Source: Octopus vulgaris
Taxonomy: Eukaryota
Length of the DNA stretch: 64,000 nucleotides
Direction: 5' to 3'
Assembly (NCBI GenBank): GCA_951406725.2
Contig: OX597838.1
Span: 42,098,001-42,162,000 of the forward strand
Below are positions 59,507 to 64,000 of the stretch, in pieces (positions within the stretch are counted from its first letter, which is position 1; every line of letters begins with the position of its first letter). The position numbers were made by a program, and so were the translations under genes. Under the pieces are notes generated by a model. It did no database searches, had not been told where the DNA came from, and saw only the letters and a list, made by a program, of their open reading frames with translations.

Positions 59507-61079
59507 TATTCTTTATAATTCAGGTATGTGTGTCAGAGATTACCTGCAGAATAAAATGATTTCTGAGCTGTAATAATACCGTGGTTCATTGGTGCAATTT
59601 CCCGAGAGATGTGTGAGCTGCACTTGGAAGCTCAGCCATAACTTTGTGGATTGGATTATGCAGAATGTTCGATTACAGTGGAAATAGAAGAATCTAAATA
59701 TGTGCTTTGTAAACATTACTGAAGAGAGTGCAACAAAGAGTATAGGCTGTAGAAAATGGGTACAGAAAAAGGCTGCTTGATTGAGGCCCCTTATCACATA
59801 CACGAAACATTATAAGGCGTTGGATATCGCAAGAAACAGTTTTGATGATCAATGGATGAGCTTTCTGTGAGGGTCTGGCAACTCCTTCCAGTTTCTATCA
59901 CAATTTACTTTCACTTTTTTATAACAGTAAATTGCATGTTAACTACAAATACAACCTGATTATACATTTGCTGCCTTCTCTGCAGCATTTTACCTCATGT
60001 TAATGTTGGTGCTGGCATCGCTGTGCAATTAAGAAGCCTGCTTCCCAGCCATGTGCTTTCAGTATCAGTTCCACTGCATGGCACTTTGGGCAAGTGTCTT
60101 CTTCTATAACCTTAGACCAGCCAACGCTTTGGATGTGGATCTGTTTGACAGAAACTGAAAGCCCACCACACGTGGTTGTCCTTTGTTTTGCCATCTCACA
60201 TAATGGTTGAAAATGAGCTTCACCATCGTACAAACAGTGTTGTTTGTTTCCAATCTTTCATGAAAAGCAATGTCTGGCCATGGGCAAATATTTACACTGT
60301 GTGAAAACAGGTGAGGGTTGGCAACATGGAGGGCATCCAGCTGTAGACAATTTGCTTTTTTAAAATCCATCTGACCCAGATAAGCATAGAAAAGTGGACA
60401 GTAAAACAAGGATAAAGTCTGTGTTTCTACAAAATGGTAATTCCAACAAGATTCAGTGGAGACTGAATACAAACCAACTTCAGACACGGAAATTGCAACA
60501 CACACCTGTCAAGACTGCAAAATGACATTTTAGTGAAATACTTGTCGCTGCTGATTCTACTGTTGGGTCAGTTTCTGAAATTGATGCATCAACAGATTAT
60601 TTAAGCAAGAGAGGAATTCTGGAGGTGCATGTCCAAAGTGCAGTCTTGATTTTATGAGCAATCCATTGTCTCCATGAATAATGTAGCAGAAAAGATCTCC
60701 CACACATACAACACCTTCTGCAGTTAAAAGCAAGCATACTCTTACTCGGAGACAGTTAAGCAGTGACACTGAAAACTTGAAGCTAATGCTGCCAGCAGTG
60801 CAGCTCAGCAATAACTTGAAAGTGAAGCTTGCTACAATTAAGATTCAACCAGACGGCTGTTCAAAGACAGCTGGAGATGCCTGAATCATAGGCTCACATT
60901 CAACAAAATGCTAATAGATAGGCCATGGAGGGACACCATTAAATCACACAACTCAAAGACAAGCAGAAAATTCAAAGCTCAAGTACGCGTTTGAGCAATG
61001 GAAGAGAAATACCTTCAAATATGGTCCTGGACACAAACATGCTTCTGTAAAGATAATTTTTTTATTGGCACCAAGCTGA

Positions 61080-61262
61080 AAATTTGTGACAAGCGATTAG
61101 TCAAGAAGTGGAAACAAGAGGCAACTGCAATGTGTTGATCCAATGGAAAAGGTTATCTACCTGATGTTGATTCACTAGAGTCCACGAAACAGCTTTTTAC
61201 TGCCTTACTGAGGGATCCAGATATTTGCTGCAGAACATCAGAAAATACAGCTCTGCTTTCTG
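61080..61262 (+). mobile_element. Helitron RepHel N-terminal remnant
   Basis: CDKRLVKKWKQEATAMC*SNGKGYLP...LLTEGSRYLLQNIRKYSSAF resembles the Helitron 'C..C.A.KW..E..GMCCSNGKV.LP...FL.NIRKYNSAF' motif. Confidence 0.65.
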
Positions 61263-63714
61263 AAAAGCAGAGCTGTATGAAAGAGCTTTATGCGAACCCC
61301 AAAATGTTATGATCAACAGCTTTCACTGGTGTCTGTTGCAGGCACTTTCAGGAAATAGTCAAACCTACAACTGAACAGATACTGGACGAGGAAGAAGAAA
61401 TTTCTGATTCTACAGAACTTTGAAACGTTGATGTTTAAAAGCTGATGATTTCTTGGTTGTTAGAAACTTTTGCTTTTTAATCAATCAATTTTTAAGTGAA
61501 ATGCTACTGCTGGGCTTTTATAAAGAGTGGAATAAAGCCGAAAAATATTGGTTTTTAATTTTGGCACAAGGCCAGCAAATTGAGGGAGGGAGAAAGTTGA
61601 TTACATCAACCCCACTGTGCAGCACCTTGGGCAAGGGTCTTCTATGAGAGCCCAAAGTCAACTGGTACCTTGCAAGTGAATTTGGCAGATGAAAATTGCA
61701 AGAGGTTTGTCATATATGAGTGTATATATCACCATCATTGTTTGACATGTTTTCCATGCTGGCATGGGTCAGAGGGTTTGCCAGGAACCAATGAGCCAAA
61801 GAACTGTGTTGAGCTCCAGTGTGTGCTTTAGCATGGTTTTTATAGGTGGATACCCTTCACAGAGTGTACTAGGTGCTTCTTTTGGGGCACCTGCACTAGT
61901 GAGGTGACCAAGTAGATCACAAGACAAAATCCATCAACTGAGTGGGTGGGGGTGTATTGCGTGAAGTGGCTTTGTGCCAGGGGGTGAGAAGTTTAAGGGA
62001 CATAAACAGGTGTGTTGCTGTGGAGGAGATACGTGGCTACTCCAGCAGGAAAAAGAGAGAAGATAGGGGTCAAGATATATCAGGGTGTAGCCTCAAGTTA
62101 CAGTGAAGTGGGGCAACAGATTGGAGAGGGGAAAGAGTTTGTGAAAATGTGAAAGGAGAGTGGCAGATGGATAGAGATGAAGATCAAGGTGAATGCAGAG
62201 AATGTTGACCATGGGTGGAAGTGTGGTCAATGGTGAATATCAGTTTGATGGGGAAAGGGGGAGGTAATAGGTGGGTGGGGTGAGAAGTATACAGTGCCAG
62301 GGACAAAGTGAGAAGTACATAGGGATGAAAATAAAGGGACAGACAAAGGTAGTGGTTCCAAGGAGATGATAACTGCTTGGACAAAAAGGGGACAAAACAT
62401 GTGCAGTTCTGCTCTCTTAACAATTTCCACTGCTAAGAGGGGGGAGGGGACAATAGGAAGATGCTACACACATCTTTGTCAATGTTTTAATGTTGTCTTA
62501 AGGTATTGAACTGGTATAATCATTAGTATTCTGGGCAAAATGCATAGCGGCGTTCCTTTTGTCCTTGTGTTCTGAGTTCAAATTCTGCCAAGGTTGACTT
62601 TTCCTTTCATCCTTTCAGAGTTGATAAAATAAGTACCAGTTGAGTAGTGGGGTGGGGTCCTTCCCCTAAAGTTGTCGGCCTTGTGCCAATATTTGTAACC
62701 AATATTTTAATGTTGTATTCTATGCTTGCACGGTCCAAAGGAATTTATTGAAGCTTTGGTCAGCTTGGAACTGGTCAAAGGTGCTGTGCAGCAGACAGAA
62801 TCCAAGATCAAGAGGCTGTCAAAGGAACGTCTAAACCATACATCCATGTCTGGACACATACATATGTGGGTGTGTGATGTTCTTTGCTTGAGAGAACTGG
62901 TGATGTGTTTACTTTCCCTGTTGGACATCAAGATCAATGATTCAAGGCTTTTAAAGACCCATGGCATAAGAAATCACTTCCTTCAATAAACAGTTTAGAG
63001 TTGGCAACAGGAAAAGCATCAAACCCCTGCCTCAATTATGTCCCCTGTCCAGCCCATGCTTAACAGAAGGGACAAACAGTAAAAAAAATTAGGAAAAATC
63101 ACTGCATTTTATTTCCATTTGTAAATAGTAACAATTGAAATCTAAAAGTAATTTAAAAGTTAAGTCGATGTAGAGTTTAGATATCGTTAAAAAATTATAA
63201 ACTTGGTTAAGTTACATAAAGTGAAGTCTCGTTCGGAATTGTATAGCCCCCCCCACACACACACACACGCACATGCATCTTCAGTCAAGACTCTGAAAGC
63301 CAGAAACGAACCTGGTTTCCATGGTTCCATAAGTGACTAAGATCACACTAGTCCTTCCTGAATGAGACACTGGTCTGTCACACGGTTAACCTCCCAGCTG
63401 TTAGAGGATTATCCATTAACAGCTGAGAGGAAATGTTAAATAAAGGGCTTTTAGTCAAGAACCCAATGCATCATTCAGTCTGGAAATTGAAACCATGGTC
63501 TAACGATTATGACCACAACACCTTAATCACTTGGCTTGCACCTTCATGCATTCACACACACACATTCTTTTTCTGATTGTAAGGAATCCGAATATTATTT
63601 TAGATGTAAAACATATTATTATAATATATATCATCGTGTATATTACATAGCTTCTGTCCAATCAATAATATAAAAATAAATCTAATATCAAATTATTTCC
63701 GTTGATTCAAGGCT

Positions 63715-63816
63715 TTAATTGCTTCCAGTGACATTAACCGTTTTTGCAAATCCAATCGATTGCAGAGCTTCCCTGATGGCACTGTACACATTTGGATCTT
63801 CAATTGTCGGTGGAAT
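63715..63816 (-). CDS. Last coding exon of an unidentified gene (IPPTIEDPNVYSAIREALQSIGFAKTVNVTGSN*)
   Basis: Strong polypyrimidine tract plus ccag acceptor; 33 protein-like codons to TAA; candidate AATAAA at 63108-63113 (minus). The frame is inferred. Confidence 0.55.
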   Translation of the reverse strand: MPPTIEDPNVYSAIREALQSIGFAKTVNVTGSN

Positions 63817-64000
63817 CTGGAAAAGGAAAGGAAAAAAAAAAAGCAGAAATAAGACAAACTTATGGTGATATTCTTGAAATTTTGTAATATTTCAGGATCC
63901 AGCTTTTAACCATTTTTTTTTTTAAATGCAGGCACAGCCGTGTGGTAAAGGGGTTTAAAAAGTTTGACCCTTTAGCATTCAGATTATTGTATCAAGTGTA

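Overview
AT-rich, repeat-dense eukaryotic genomic DNA. The repeat families look like those of Octopus (inference from recall). It is not prokaryotic, and most ORFs in the supplied track are spurious. Splicing the exons by hand gives four genes. (1) The 5' part of TRMT2A on the minus strand: 7 coding exons from 9716 down to 363, continuing off the left edge. (2) A complete RANBP1 on the plus strand, 18331-35510, about 223 aa, with two alternative 15-nt first coding exons. (3) A complete SETD6 on the minus strand, 58072-37161, 11 exons, about 493 aa, convergent with RANBP1. (4) The last coding exon of an unidentified minus-strand gene, 63715-63816. The main finding is that TRMT2A and RANBP1 lie head-to-head around a ~340-bp core centred on a TATCGATA (DRE) palindrome. 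This is the same arrangement as the mammalian Htf9 (TRMT2A/RANBP1) bidirectional locus. The introns hold decayed RTE LINEs, a SPIN/Charlie-like hAT, piggyBac, mariner, Merlin-like foldback MITEs, Helitrons, Penelope-like fragments (one with a hammerhead-like motif), SINEs and microsatellites, several of them nested.
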